From Octopus vulgaris (taxonomy: Eukaryota): a stretch of 64,000 nucleotides of DNA. The stretch lies in contig OX597821.1 in the NCBI GenBank assembly GCA_951406725.2, positions 79,546,001-79,610,000 of the forward strand. The letters are read 5' to 3'. The notes beneath the pieces are model-generated. The model made no database searches, was not told where the DNA came from, and worked only from the letters and a program-made list of their open reading frames with translations. Below, piece by piece: positions 1 to 14,321 of this stretch; the stretch's first letter is position 1; each line of letters starts with the position of its first letter. A program made the position numbers and the translations under genes.

Positions 1-639
1 ATGATACTATAGAGCAGAGCTATCAGATGCTGTACAAATGGTTCACAAGTTGTGATCCAAAGAAACGTACAGCGGAAACAATAAAAGCAGCTCTTGAAGA
101 AGCTCAATGTTTTAATGCCCTTCAATGTCTATCGTTAGGTATAAAATAACTTTCTGTGTTGTTGCTGTTCTTATTTAGTCCAAGATCTACCTTCAACGAC
201 AGAGACTTATCAATAGATAACTTCCATCTTTATCCTAACTATAAAGAACCCATAACCACATTGTCCAATGTGTCCACCTTTAAGGTGATAAGTTGTGAAT
301 TGAAGAGCATTTAGCTACGAATTCCATTACATCTATATACCTCATAAAATCTCACTGAATGATTTGGCTCCCTTGTTAGAGATTAATTTTTGAAATAAAT
401 ATAAACTTTGTATGTGGATTTATAGCATGGCTGTGAAGGTGTTTGTTTTTGTGGGCAGAAAAGTACTTCTATATACATGCATCATGTGTAATTCTGTATG
501 CGTTTGCGTGTGAATGTGTGAATCAATGCTGTGTGTGTTAAAGTAAAAGAATGTATCGTCTGAGCTGAGGAGTAGTGAGGAGACGAAACAGGAAAATGTC
601 TTCTGGATTGTGATGGTGACGAGAATGTGGTGAAGCAGT

Positions 640-900
640 TTGTACTTTTACACCAAACGTGGTGATATGTCAAGAGTGGGGTTACCTATGGAACAGAAAT
701 AACATGCTACTGGGGGAGGCTTTATTCTTATTCGACGTAGCAGCAGGAGGTTTGAACGGGTCGTGTGACATGTCCTACACCAGATAATTGGACTCAACAA
801 GGCCATGGAGGATGCAAAGGGGCTAGCACCGGACGGCCAGAGATGGAGAGCATAGGTGCATATGGTCAGTTCTGCGAATGATGACGTCTTTGTCGCCACC
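640..900 (+). mobile_element. Degraded RTE-type LINE 3' coding remnant
   Basis: Translates to ...AMEDAKGLAPDGQRWRA*VHMV, like the DRxxWR C-terminus of RTE ORF2. Confidence 0.35.
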
Positions 901-1224
901 AACCTGGGCTGATCCCACACCCATCAAACAAGACCACCAAGTGAGCAAGGGAGATGATTATCGTTATGAAGGTAGATGTCCAACAAGTGTTATGTGAGAT
1001 GGACAGGCGCGTACTGAACGGTCTATGTGAAAGATAGGGAATTTTTTTAAAAACCGACCTTTCTAGCAATAAATGAAGTAAGTGCAGACAGCTAGAAAAC
1101 TCAACTTCATATCAGACAGATGCCCTGCACCGCGGGTTCCAGCCCAGCACGACACCATGGTACTCCTTGCATTCATAGTTGTGATTCAGATTCCCCGCCA
1201 ATATTTGTTGTAGCTGCAATTGTC

Positions 1225-1960
1225 GTACACACACAAACGAATAAAAACACTCAGTCGCTCACACACACGCAAACACAGAAATGAAAACACTCTCACACAC
1301 ACAAACACTAAAATGAAAATACTCACACACACAATCACAACACGAACAAACAAACACACACACAAACACAGTTAAACACTCACACACGCACACACTCAAA
1401 CACACATGAAAATCACTCACTCACACACACATTCCCACACGCACACACTCGAACACACAGAAATGAAAACACTCACTCACACACACGCACAAACACAGAA
1501 ATGAAAACACACAGTTCCACACTCACAAACGCACACACTCGAACACACAGAAATACATTCACTCACACACACGCATGGAAATGAAAATAGTCACATATAC
1601 TCACACACAAACGGATGCGCGCACACACAGAAATGAAAACACAGTTACAAGCTCACACGCCTAGAAATGAAAACACACATGTACACACTCACTCACTCAC
1701 ACACACACACGCTCAGACACAAACATTGAAACAGAAACACTCTGTCACACAGGTGCGCGCAAACACAGACGCAGAAATAAAAGCACACACACACACATTG
1801 GCTAACGCAAACACTTATACAATTTCTTCAGAATGTCACGGTTTTAAGGTCAACATATTTAAAGCATAAATACCTACAAGTGTACATCTTTGCATGTATC
1901 TATGTGTGTGTGTGTGTTCGGACGTATATGTGTTTGTGCGTGTTTGAGCACAGCCCACAC
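1225..1960 (+). repeat. CA-rich cryptic minisatellite element (units like ACACACAGAAATGAAAACACTC); inverted relative at 4500-5090
   Basis: Recurring degenerate units, plus a unique tail (GAATGTCACGGTTTTAAGGT...TATTTAAAGCATAAATA) found reverse-complemented at about 4560-4620. Confidence 0.7.
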
Positions 1961-2071
1961 ATACGCCGCCGTAACGTAATGGTTCGGGAAAATAGAAAAA
2001 GTTAGAATAAGTACTAGGCTTCAAAATATTAAGTCCTAGGGTAGGTTTTGTTTGACTAAAGACGGTGCTCG

Positions 2072-2111
<40 letters not shown>

Positions 2112-2317
2112 TACATATATATGCAAACATACATATATCCATATATACATATATATACAAGTATATATATATGCAAACATACATATATCAATGTATATAT
2201 ACATGTACATATATATATATACACACACACATACATATACATACATAGATATATACATATATATATATATATATATACATACATATATACGTGTATTTAC
2301 CCACACACGCATATATC

Positions 2318-2365
<48 letters not shown>

Positions 2366-2415
2366 TTACATACATATATACATATATATATAATTATCAA
2401 TATATATGTATATAC

Positions 2416-3362
2416 AACATGCGTTCAAGACAATGCCAAAACCATGGGAGAGATGTTGCAGAAACAATACTTCTAACCCAGTCTGTTGTCCCAGTTTTCA
2501 AAAGAGGAAACAAATCGCTTGCCGTGAATTACCGTCCAATCTCACTCACCTCTCATATCATTAAGGTATTTGAGAGAGTGCTGAGATCGCGTATGACTCA
2601 CTTCCTTGAGAGTCATAATATGCTGAACTCTAACCAGCATGGATTCCGTAATCGAAGGGATTGCCTGATGCAGCTACTGCATCATTTTGATGACATTTTG
2701 AGAGCCTTGGGAGAGGGCTCCAACACTGATGTCATCTACCTTGATTTCAGCAAGGCCTTTGACAGGGTTGATCATAAGATCCTTTTGAGAAAACTGTCCA
2801 ATATTGGTGTCACTGGAAAGCTGCTGCAGTGGATCAAAGGCTTCCTGTCTAACAGAACCCAACATGTTGTAGTCGAAGGAGTCAAATCCAGCCCAGCCAA
2901 AGTCAGCAGTGGTGTCCCACAAGGCACTGTGTTGGGCCCACTTCTCTTCATCATCTACATAAATGATATTACTGACACCATCAAACACAGTAACATCAGA
3001 ACCTTCGCTGATGATTCCAAGCTCCAGAAGGTCATCAACGGCGTGGATGACCGGTTAAACCTTTAGTCAGACCTACTGGCTGTTGTCTAATGGGCGGAAA
3101 AGAACATGTTGCTAAACGAAGACAAATTCGAACTGATCCACTTTGGAAGGGAGGACGCTCTGAAACTTCCATACTGCCTTCCTTCTGGAGAAATTCTCAT
3201 GGCGTCTAACAACATCAGAGACTTGGGAGTAACAGTGGACAACAACATAAGCTGGGCTACACATATAAGCAGCAAAGTTGACATGGCCCGCAGAATGTGT
3301 TCCTGGATTCTTAGAACCTTCCAGTCGAGAGATTCCAACACCATTATCCTTCTCTTCTCCAC
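2416..3362 (+). mobile_element. CR1/L2-group LINE reverse transcriptase fragment, internally deleted, flanked by (TA)n
   Basis: Motifs [32 protein letters not shown] and FADD. In-frame stops near 3064 and 3088. Related to the copy at 8170-10712. Confidence 0.93.
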
Positions 3363-3372
3363 AGCATGTATT

Positions 3373-3452
<80 letters not shown>

Positions 3453-3869
3453 CATAAATACATGCTGTGTGTTTTCATTTCTGTGCGTGAGAGTGTGTAA
3501 CTATGTGTTTTCAGTTCTGTTTGTATATATGTATACGTTAATATATTTGCTCGACTAAAGGCGGTGCTCCAGCATGGCTGCAGTTAAATAACTGAAAGAA
3601 GGCAACAGAGTGACAAAGTGTATATTACCATAACTAAATATTTAATGGAGATAACTACAAAATATCTTCTATAATTACATCCCTTGCATATTATAATTTA
3701 ATAAGAATAATACAATATGCAAGGGAGCTAACTCTTGAACATATTTTGTAGTTATGTTTTAAGTATGTAGTTAACGGGAGATAACTGCCTGCAAAATACA
3801 TTCTAGAGTTATTTCCCTTGGATATGATTATATTAGTACTATTAACTCTACAAGATATTTGTAGTATAA

Positions 3870-4032
3870 TGATGGCTTGACTGTGCCCATGCCTTTTGTC
3901 GAGCAAATCGACAACAGGACTTATTCTATGTAAATCTAGTATTATACCATTGGTCCCCTTTGCCGAACCGCTAATTTACGGTAATGTAAACATACCAGCA
4001 TCAGTTGTCAAGCGGTTTGGAGGACACAGAAT

Positions 4033-4119
<87 letters not shown>

Positions 4120-4290
4120 TCATATATACGACGAGCTTCTTTCCATTTCCGTGTACCAAATCCACTCACAAAGCTTTTGTCTGTCCGATGCAATAGTAGA
4201 AGACTTGCCCATGGTGCCACGGACTGGGACTGAACCAGAAACTATGTGATTGGTAAGCAAGATACTTACCAGACAGCCACTCCTACGCCT
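3870..4290 (-). mobile_element. Abundant SINE family A (tRNA-like head, internal TA/TG microsatellite)
   Basis: Shares GGAGTGGCTGT...GGTTCAGTCCC...TGGGCAAGT...GAGTGGATTTGGTA...AGCGGTTCGGCAAA with many copies in the window. Confidence 0.75.
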
Positions 4291-4499
4291 ATATATTTAC
4301 ATATACATATATACGACAGTAAGCAAGCTACTACTCATACACACACTCCTGTTTGTTACTCTGACAACAAGTTGAAGGTGAGCTCTGATTGGTTGTATGC
4401 AAATGAGTTCATGAATGGGGTCCGGAACTCTCGTTGGAGAAAAAACTTTCACGGTTGGGTCATATGAGACGATGCGACCACCTTGAGTATAGGTGGACT

Positions 4500-5090
<591 letters not shown>

Positions 5091-5724
5091 ACACCTTTCC
5101 ATATCACTAAATCAACAGGAATTCAATTTATTGCATATTTAGCAACTTCAGATATTGCACATATTTTTCTCACATGGAGACAATTTCAAAAGTTGATAAA
5201 ACAAATTCTCATACTGGGGTGAAGGCTGCTGACATTCTAACGTTTCTTTGCCGAATTTCTACAATGTTTCCGGTGATTCGTTTTTATATCTTGATTTTTT
5301 TATTTTTCATGCAATTTACGCATGCTTGCACGCGTGGTAAACACAGTTCACGTCAAACAGCTGACTGGGTAAAGTTCACTATTCAATGCATGGGATAAGG
5401 CCTAAACAAACACATTATCGATTTTTGCACTTGCGAGATGAATTTCAGAACAGAAATAGTGCAGTTCAATTTTCATTCGCCTAAACTTTAAGTGACCCAA
5501 TTTTGGTGGTTCTACTATTTTTTCGCTAGGAGGATATGTGCCAGGAAGTTAAACACACAGACACATACACAGATGCACACACAGCCACATAAGTTGAGTT
5601 TTATATATATAGATATATATATAGTTAATCCAAACATGAAAACACAAAGAGAAAACACAACAATGCGACGACATGGAACAAGTATAGTATTATTGGACGC
5701 TCAGGAAAGCAGGAAAGAAGGAGG

Positions 5725-5759
5725 GTTTAACGTTTCGAGCGGAGCTCTTCATCAGAAAC
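5725..5759 (-). ncRNA. Minimal type I hammerhead ribozyme motif in a probable Penelope-like terminal remnant (about 5620-5830)
   Basis: Minus strand reads GTTT-CTGATGA-A-GAGC-TCC-GCTC-GAAA-CGTT-AAAC. Core boxes, stem II, stem I and a palindromic AACGTT in place of stem III. Confidence 0.65.
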
Positions 5760-5827
5760 ATAGGAAAAGGAAAGATCCAAAGAAGGGAAGACAGAGTGAA
5801 AAAAATCGCCAACGGTACACACTAGGT

Positions 5828-5880
<53 letters not shown>

Positions 5881-5883
<3 letters not shown>

Positions 5884-8168
5884 ATGGCTGCCCCCTCGTT
5901 ATCGAATATGGCCATTGCACGAAGATTAACTGTTATTGGTGCAGAGATTGACCAGTTTGACATCATCGGCAAATAGAAGGGTGTGTTGCGTGAGGTCGTC
6001 GGGCAAGTCATTTATGAAGACTAAGAACAATAAGGGCCCAAGCAATGAACCTTGAGGCACGCCACTGCTCGCACTGGAGACGTCCGTCAGCGAACCATTA
6101 ACTTGGACTCGGAAGGAGCGGTCTGAGAGGAAGGCACCAACCCATCGTACAATATCCGGATGGAAACTATATGCTTGAAGCTTGACAAGTAATAGGCGGT
6201 GGTTTACCGAGTCAAAAGCTTTGGCAAAGTCGAATAAAACGATGTCAACAGCGTCACCATCATCGAGGATACGCATCACCAATTCTTCCATTACCAGTAA
6301 GTTGGTCAAGCATGATCTCTTCGGCATGAAGCCGTGTTGGGAATCAGAGATAGAGGCTGTGTTTTGGAGGTGGAGCAACATACTTTTCTTAAGGATGGTT
6401 TCGAACATCTTGCTGATTATTGAAGTAAGGGAAACCGGTCGGTAGTTAAGCGGGTCTTCGCGGCTCCCTTTCTTGAAAATTGGGCAGATTATCGCTGTTC
6501 CCCAGTCCGCAGGTATAACACCCGTCGCCAATGACATATTGAATAGACGTGTTAAGGGCTCGCAAATGACCGGAGCCAACGCTTTGATAACCCGTGGGTG
6601 TATGCCGTCAGGGCCGTGATCCTTGTTGACATCGAGGCCTTGAATAACACGTTTGACTTCGTCCCGCGTGATGACCAATCGAAGCATTGGAGGTACCGAT
6701 CTATCAAATGGAGGGGGTTCACGACCATCATCTTGTTTGAAAATAGTTGAAAAAGCCTCGGCAAATAACTGACTCTGTTGATAAGAGTCCTCAATCGATA
6801 CGCCTGCCTGTTGAGTCTACCAACGTTGCAATCTGTTTGTTCAAGCGGGAATTCCGTTGGACATGGGCAAAGAAGGTTTTGGGATTGCGATTGGCGTTTG
6901 CCGCGATTCCGTATTCATATCTGAAGCGTTCTTCCTTTTCAATTTTCACGGCTCGGTCTCGTTGAGTTTTGTACACCTCAAAAGCTGCAGTCGAATCTAG
7001 ATTTTTTAATTCAGCCCAAGCTGAAGTTCTCGTTTAACCTTCTTCGTCACCCAGGGCTTGTGTTTCTTCCTCTTGGGAAGCCCAACGGGAACTGCCTGGT
7101 CAGTCAACCAGATTACATATGCTTTGAGGGACGACCATAGTTCGTCAACTGAGGACATCGTCATCAGGGATCGCCAGTCCAGAAGCGCGGAAGCCTCGGT
7201 TAGAATTTCAAGATTGATTGCAGAGAAGACTCTACGTGGCAGCAAAGTAGTCGTGGGCGTAGAAAAAGTTGTGTGCATGTCGAACTTCAGGACCGCGTGA
7301 TCATTCTTGGCAAGAGGGGCGCACACAGATAAGCCTGACACTGATCTTGGATAGCGGGAGAATACCAGATCCAGCATAGATGGCTGCTGCCCAGACCGAT
7401 GCCTTGTCAGATATTCAACATGTTGCGATAGAAAAAAATCTTCAGCCACATCAAGAAGGGCCTGGCCGAACCGGGAAGATGATGTACAAATTGATGCGTT
7501 GAAGTCTCCTAATATCAAACAGTCATGAGAAGCTGAAACGAATCTTATCACTTCGAGTAAATGAGCATCGTCCTGGGGGTCGGCAAGAGGCGGCCTGTAG
7601 ACAGCTAACACGGGCAGGCAAAACCTGGATAGGCTCAGCTTGCAATAGACGGCATCGAATTTTGTTGTAGGTTGAGCATTAGTGGGTAGAATACCGCTGG
7701 ACGGTTTGAGATCAGATTTAACATACTCAGCAACACCTCCACCTCGCCTTTTTTCTCTGTCACATCTGAAGATGGCGTAGCCCTGTAGGTGGATTTCTGA
7801 GTCCTTTACTGCTGGAGTCAGCCAAGTCTCGGTGATAGCTATCACATCTGGGGAATCACGCCAGTGTAAATAACTCGCTGAACTTTGGAAATAAGGAGCA
7901 CGAGTTGGTATAGACGATGCTGAGCTGTGAAGTTTGAGGGGCGGGAATTATGGAACAAGCAGAATAAGGAGTGTCAGAGGTAGCATCGTTGTCGGGAGTA
8001 TCTACTTTACTTCGATTCGCCCTCGATTCACTTTCCCTGTCAGCACTACAGCATGCGACCAGAGGTATGACTTGCTTATTTGTCCATCTTGGATGCGTAA
8101 ACCCTTCTCTCCCATCTGAATACTCGTGTGAACTGGCCCACAAATACTCTGAAGCTAGGCAAGTGCTC
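5881..8168 (-). mobile_element. CR1/L2-group LINE (ORF1 C-terminal remnant, APE endonuclease, RT), frameshifted and 3'-truncated just after FADD
   Basis: EN motifs IAITETWL, RGGGVA, ILGDFNA, LDLVF and NDH (7006-7845). RT motifs GPDGIHP, NYRPVSLTS, DFAKAFD, GVPQGS and LFADD (5926-6687). ORF1-like GEKGLRIQDGQI at about 8080-8115. Confidence 0.92.
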
Positions 8169-8169
8169 T

Positions 8170-10709
8170 ACATCAGATAGAGCAGCAGCAGAACTGCTCT
8201 TTAATCTGATGGATGAATACTTCCTGACTCAGATAGCGCTCGAACCAACGAGACAGAATAAAAAGATCTTGGATCTGGTATTGACCAATCACTCTAGCTT
8301 CGTTCACAGCATTTCAGTTGAAAAAACTCTCCTCTCAGACCACGACATGGTACTCTGCAATTTTAATTCCCGACATATAAAAACCAAACCAACCAATCTC
8401 ACTCCATGGCACTCATTTGACAACATAAACTTCCACAAAGCGGACTGGGGAGAAATCAGAAAGGATCTGTCTTCCATCGACTGGTCTTTTACTCTCAATT
8501 CCTCTCATATTGAGACCGCATGGCAGCACTTTGAAAACATTGTCACCTATACATGCTCTAAACACGCTCCCACGAAATCTACTAACACAAACAGAAACCG
8601 GCTTCCTAAAAAGAAAAAAAAACACTCATCAGGCGCATCAAATGACTCTACAAAAATATCAACCAATTAAAATATTCCCACACACAACATCCACATTCAA
8701 CAACAATGAAAAGGCTAGAGCTGGAAAAACTTCATCTGCAGACCGACATGAAAACCTCCATTGAAAATCAAAGAGCTGTGGAGGAACAGTGGGTAATCAA
8801 AAACATCAAACAGAACCCAAAAGTGTTCTATTCTTACGCAAATAAGCATAGAACCACTGTCTCACCCATTGGGCCATTGATTGATGATAACGGCATTCCC
8901 CAACACGATGCTAAAGAAATGGCAGAAATACTGCAGAAACAATACTGCTCTGTCTTCAGTGTTTCCACTGATATTGACGTAAGAGAAGCGAACGAAGTTG
9001 ACTCCCAACATAAAATCTCAGACATAAGCTTCACTGCCACTGACATCATAGCAGCAATAAATGAGGTCAAATACTATTCTGCTGTAGGCCCTGATAGATT
9101 CCCCGCTAGTCTCCTGAAGGAATGTAGACACCAACTTGCAGTCCCTCTGACCAACCTCTGGAGAAATTCGTTAGACGCAGGTTATATACCAAAACAGTTT
9201 CTATCCCAGTCAGTCATCCCGGTTTTCAAACAGGGAAACAGATCCCTCGCACTCAACTATCGCCCAATCTCACTCACCTCCCACATCATTAAAGTGTTTG
9301 AAAGAGTGTTAAGATCAAGGATAGCTGACTTCCTGGAGACCCACAAACTCCTAAATGCAAATCAGCATGGCTTTCGCTGTGGCAGGGACTGTCTAACACG
9401 GCTCTTACACCACATTGAAGATGTACTCAAAGCCTTGGGAACAGGTTCGAACTCTGATGTCATATATCTTGACTTCAGTAAAGCGTTCGACAGGGTAGAC
9501 CATAATATCCTACTCTCAAAATTGGCAAATGTTGGAATCCGTGGAAAAGTTCTACACTGGATTAAGTATTTCCTGGCGAATAGAACACAACATGTTGTAG
9601 TTGATGGAGTCCACTCAAGCCCAGCAGAAGTCACCAGCGGTGTCCCCCAGAGAACTGTCTTGGGTTCGCTACTCTTCATAATTTACATAAACGACCTTTC
9701 CAGTGTCGTACATTACTGCAAAGTGAAAATATTTGCTGATGACACTAAGCTCCAGCAAATCGTCAATGAAGAAGCAGACCGAACTCAACTCCAGTCTGAT
9801 CTATATGCTGTGAGTCAATGGGCAGACAGAAACAAAATGCAACTGAACGAGGGAAAATTTGAGCTGATGCATTTTGGAAGAAATTTCTCACTAAAACAGC
9901 CATACTCTCTTCCTTCAGGGGAACCGCTCACAGCCTCTAACAATATCAGAGACCTGGTATATTGTTGATGACGATCTCAGTTGGAGTGCACACATCAACA
10001 AAAAGGTCGATATAGCTCGTAGGGTGAGTTCCTGGATCTTAAGAACTTTCCGGTCCAGAGAACAAGGTGTCATCATACCACTTTTCTCCTCCTTTGTACG
10101 GCCACACCTCCAATACTGCTGCCCACTATGGTCTCCTCATACAAGACAAAACATCTCGAAGATTGAATCACCGCAGAGGGCACTCACTAAACGAATCGAA
10201 GGCATGGCTGCTCTCGATTACTGGGATCGCCTTAAAGCCTTGAAACTCTACTCTCTCCAGCGTCGCCGTGAGCGGTACATCATTTGTACGATGTGGAGAA
10301 TATACCGCCAACTTTGCCCAAACGACCTGAACATTAGCTTCAAGGTTCATCCAAGACTGGGACCACAGGCCATACGTCCCCTGCCCAATTCAAGATCACA
10401 GCATACATGTACACTGCAACATAATTTCTTTTCCTCAACAGGCCCTGCCCTATTTAACATTGTCCCGAAAGAGATCAAAGAGGAAAAGGATCCCATCAAC
10501 TTTAAACGGAGTCTGGATAGATTCCTTCAAAGAATACCAGATAAGCCACCCATAATTGGATACAACTCACCCAACAAAAACTCACTACTTGAATGGACCA
10601 TAAACAAAGCTTGACTTAAACGGGGTTCAAATAATCCTATTAGGTGGTGCTATTAAGTTAGACATGGCCTGGACCAATCTTTGGTCGAAACATATCTAAG
10701 TTTATCTAA

Positions 10710-10712
<3 letters not shown>
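8170..10712 (+). mobile_element. 5'-truncated CR1/L2-group LINE (EN C-terminus, RT, C-terminal domain, 3' UTR) with two frameshifts
   Basis: ORFs 8128-8670 (PTR..ILDLVLTN..SDH), 8706-9968 (RT, IFADD) and 10024-10614 (LYSLQRRRERY...). The 3' UTR has hairpin GACCAA-TCT-TTGGTC and ends in TATCTAAGTT x2, then (TA)n. Confidence 0.95.
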
Positions 10713-10767
<55 letters not shown>

Positions 10768-11173
10768 CATTTACATTTATTTATATTTACATTTATATTT
10801 ATATACAAGCACATACATATGCATGCCCGGTTTGTACGACCAAGTGGTGTAGATGAGCTGTGATCTTTGTGGGTCCTAAAGTGTCTTGAGACCTTCCTTA
10901 GATTTTCAGACCTTCTGGCATACAGAGTATTGAAAGGTGTGCACAGACATATAGGCAGAGTAGTTGGTGGAGGTTCGTTTTGTATGGTTTCGCAAATGAG
11001 ATATGGTCCAGAAATAGAATTTTCAGAAAATATGCTCATTCAAAACTTTCACTGCAATTTTGTTTGCCATTCAACTCGGTCTGATGCAAGGGTTTCTATG
11101 GCTTTTGGATCAAGTCCAACTGACACTTCATGTGATTTCCTTACACAGTCCTTAATATACCTCTCTTTCTCTC

Positions 11174-11216
<43 letters not shown>

Positions 11217-11364
11217 GGTTTAAATAATTGAGATTCAAGTGAATTCTAATGAATTCACATGAATATGGTCCTTAACTAGGATGCACCGGAAATCTATATG
11301 GTGTTAACCATACGACAAGTGGGGTGATTACAAATAGGAAAAAGCAACAAGAATGGATTAAAAT

Positions 11365-11450
11365 CTCGGTACAATTGTTTCGTACGAGGACATCTTTAAT
11401 AAGCTACAAAAAATGCAGTAAATACAGATGGCTCGTACTCGTCAGCCGAA
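11365..11450 (-). ncRNA. Type I hammerhead ribozyme (inverted arm of the PLE)
   Basis: Reverse complement of 15486-15571. Confidence 0.85.
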
Positions 11451-11806
11451 AAAACATCAGAGAATTCCCAAACATCAAAAGGGGTAGATACCAAAGAGGG
11501 TGTAAGATTAACTGCATTGAAGAAAGTTCGATTCCTGGAGATCCGATGAAAGGTCTTAAACTTACAGAATTTGTGCATATCTATATATAGCTCATATTAA
11601 ATTTCTAATCAAGTTATGTGAAGAAATTTCGGATACAGTCATGCGAAATTTCTGAAAATCCGAGTAAGAAGCAAAATGAGTGTCATATCGTGTAGCGGAA
11701 AATCTGAGTAAGAAGCAAAGTGACTGTCATATCATGTAGAGGAACAGATTGTTATTGAAATTTACAAGAATTACAGATAAGTTCAATTCCTGGAGATCCG
11801 ATAACC

Positions 11807-14321
11807 CCACTTCTTCCCTTAAGCCTGTGGATAAATACCGATGAGGTTCTTAAATGGTTTAACTCCCTAACTAATACCAATAATCTAGCCTTCATTCAAT
11901 TCGACATAAACAACTACTACTCTAGCATTTCCCCTATCCTATTAAATAAATCGCTTATATTCGCGATAAATCGCTCCCTCATATCTAGAGAGGAAATAGA
12001 TATTATACTTTTAGCTAGAAAAACATTTATTGAGTTTGAGGGAAAATTATGGACCAGAGCTGATACCCCTAACTATTTCGATATTCCTATGGGCTCCAGT
12101 GATTCGGCTCAGGTGACCAACTTAGTCGGAGCATATCTACTTAAATGCATAAAGAGGGAGATCCCCGAATTGCAAGGTGGGTTATATAGAGATGATGCTT
12201 TGTTTGTTGTCCATACCAATAATAAATCACACATAGAAAGAATCAAAAAGAAAATTAATAGGTTTTTTAAAGATTTCAACCTTAGTATAACCTATGAACC
12301 AAGCATTAAAATAACTAATTTTCTAGATATTACTTTAGACCTTAACTCCAAACTACATTATCCATTTAGAAAAGAAGGTGAAATCACTAGTTACGTAAGT
12401 AAATTATCTAATTATCCCCCAAATATAATTGATTCCTTAGTTAGAAATATTTCCATGAGAATATCCAAATTATCGTCTAATTTTGATATATTTAACTCAC
12501 ACTCAGGACATTACAATGAGGCGTTATCTAGAGCAGGATATAACCAAAAAATTACATTTGTTGATATGAAAACCTTACAAACTCATAATAATTTAAGTAA
12601 TTTAAATAACAATAACCACATAAACAACAAAAACGATCAAGCCGAAAAGGTACGTAGATGTAGATCTAATACAACATCTAATCGTAATGATAATAAGTAC
12701 AAAGATAAATACATAGACCATAACATAGATAGCCCTGATAAGACAACCTTAAATAAAATTAAGAAACATACAATTAGTAACGTAGACAACAATAATGACC
12801 AAGCCAGAAATTATAGTAGAAATAGATTTACAACGGCAAAGTACCCTAATGATATTAAGAACATTAATAAAAACATAACAGTGAACACTTGTAATAAGGA
12901 TAAAATAAACTTGGATAAAACTAATAAACATGCAAACAAGAACATTAATAAATACAAAGAATCTGATGATAGTAGGAATAATTCTAACAACCCTAACTCT
13001 AGTGGGAAAAATTCTAACAGCCCTAACTGTAATTCTAGGAAATTTAATAAGAAGGACATAATATGGCTAAACATCCCTTTTAACTGTGCGGTTTCATCAG
13101 ATATTCAGAGTAGATTCAAAACAATTCTTGAAAAAAATTTCCCATCCTCTCATAGATATCATAAAATTATTTCTAAAAAAACAGTCAGAATTTCTTATTC
13201 AACCCTCCCAAATATGTCCACTTTAATAGCTAAGATCAATAATAATAACATAAAACTAGCCAGAAAAAATTTAAACCATAAAAATTAAAATACAATTGAA
13301 AGTTATAATAACAGTACTGAAAGTAATAATTACAACAATGATAATAAGGAATGTCATATAATAAATACAACCAATAGCTATAGAATTGTTAACAATAATA
13401 ATAACATAAATAGGAATGATTATGTTAATAATAGGAATAATACCAGGAATGTAAGTACAGTGAATGAGGACAACAATGTTATCAGCAACAACACTACACA
13501 TTTGGAAAACAATACCGACAACAATACTAACAGCATCAACAATATCAATAATGATAGTAGGGTTATAGAACCAAATGATAGTATAGGAATACCAACAAAT
13601 GATAATACTACTTTAGGTGATAACATTAACTACAATAATGATAGCATTATTTTAGATAACAGCACCAATAATATTAATAATGAAGGTAGGGCTTTAGAAC
13701 CAAATGAAAATGTAGGAATGCCAATAAATGATAATACTATTTTAGATAATAATATTAACTACAATAATGATGGAGTTTTTTTTAGATAACAACAATAACC
13801 AAAATCATGATAATTTTACCCGCAATGCTTCGAGCAACAATAGTATGAGACTTCTATCGTCAAGTTATTCTACTTCAGATTATAATTCCCCTAGATGTAA
13901 CTTCAGAATTAAATCTAAATGCCCGGCACCTGGTTTATGCGGGTTAAATAACATAATCTATAAATGCTCCATAACCACAGATAATAATAAATTCACTTAT
14001 GTTGGATGTACTGTAAATTTAAAAAAAAGATTGAATAACCATCTTTCCTCCTTCAGATTACGTCATAAAGCTGATAGCACCACTCTTTCTAGTAAAATTT
14101 GGGAACTAAAAAACAATAATATCAGATATAACCTTAATTGGGAATTAGTCAGAAGAGCAATACCCTATAAAAATAGCAGAGTAGGTTGTCAACTTTGCTC
14201 CATGGAAACATTTGAAATACTAATGTATAGAAAAAATAGGGAAATTTCATTAAACAGCAGAATTGAACTTGGAAAATCTTGTATACACGCTCGAACTAGG
14301 ACTCTTAAATATTTTAAATGA
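11807..14321 (+). pseudogene. Disrupted PLE RT-GIY-YIG ORF with long Asn-rich inserts
   Basis: Pieces 11807-13288, 13460-13789 and 13767-14321 in shifted frames. The start of the ORF is replaced by the inverted arm. Confidence 0.85.
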
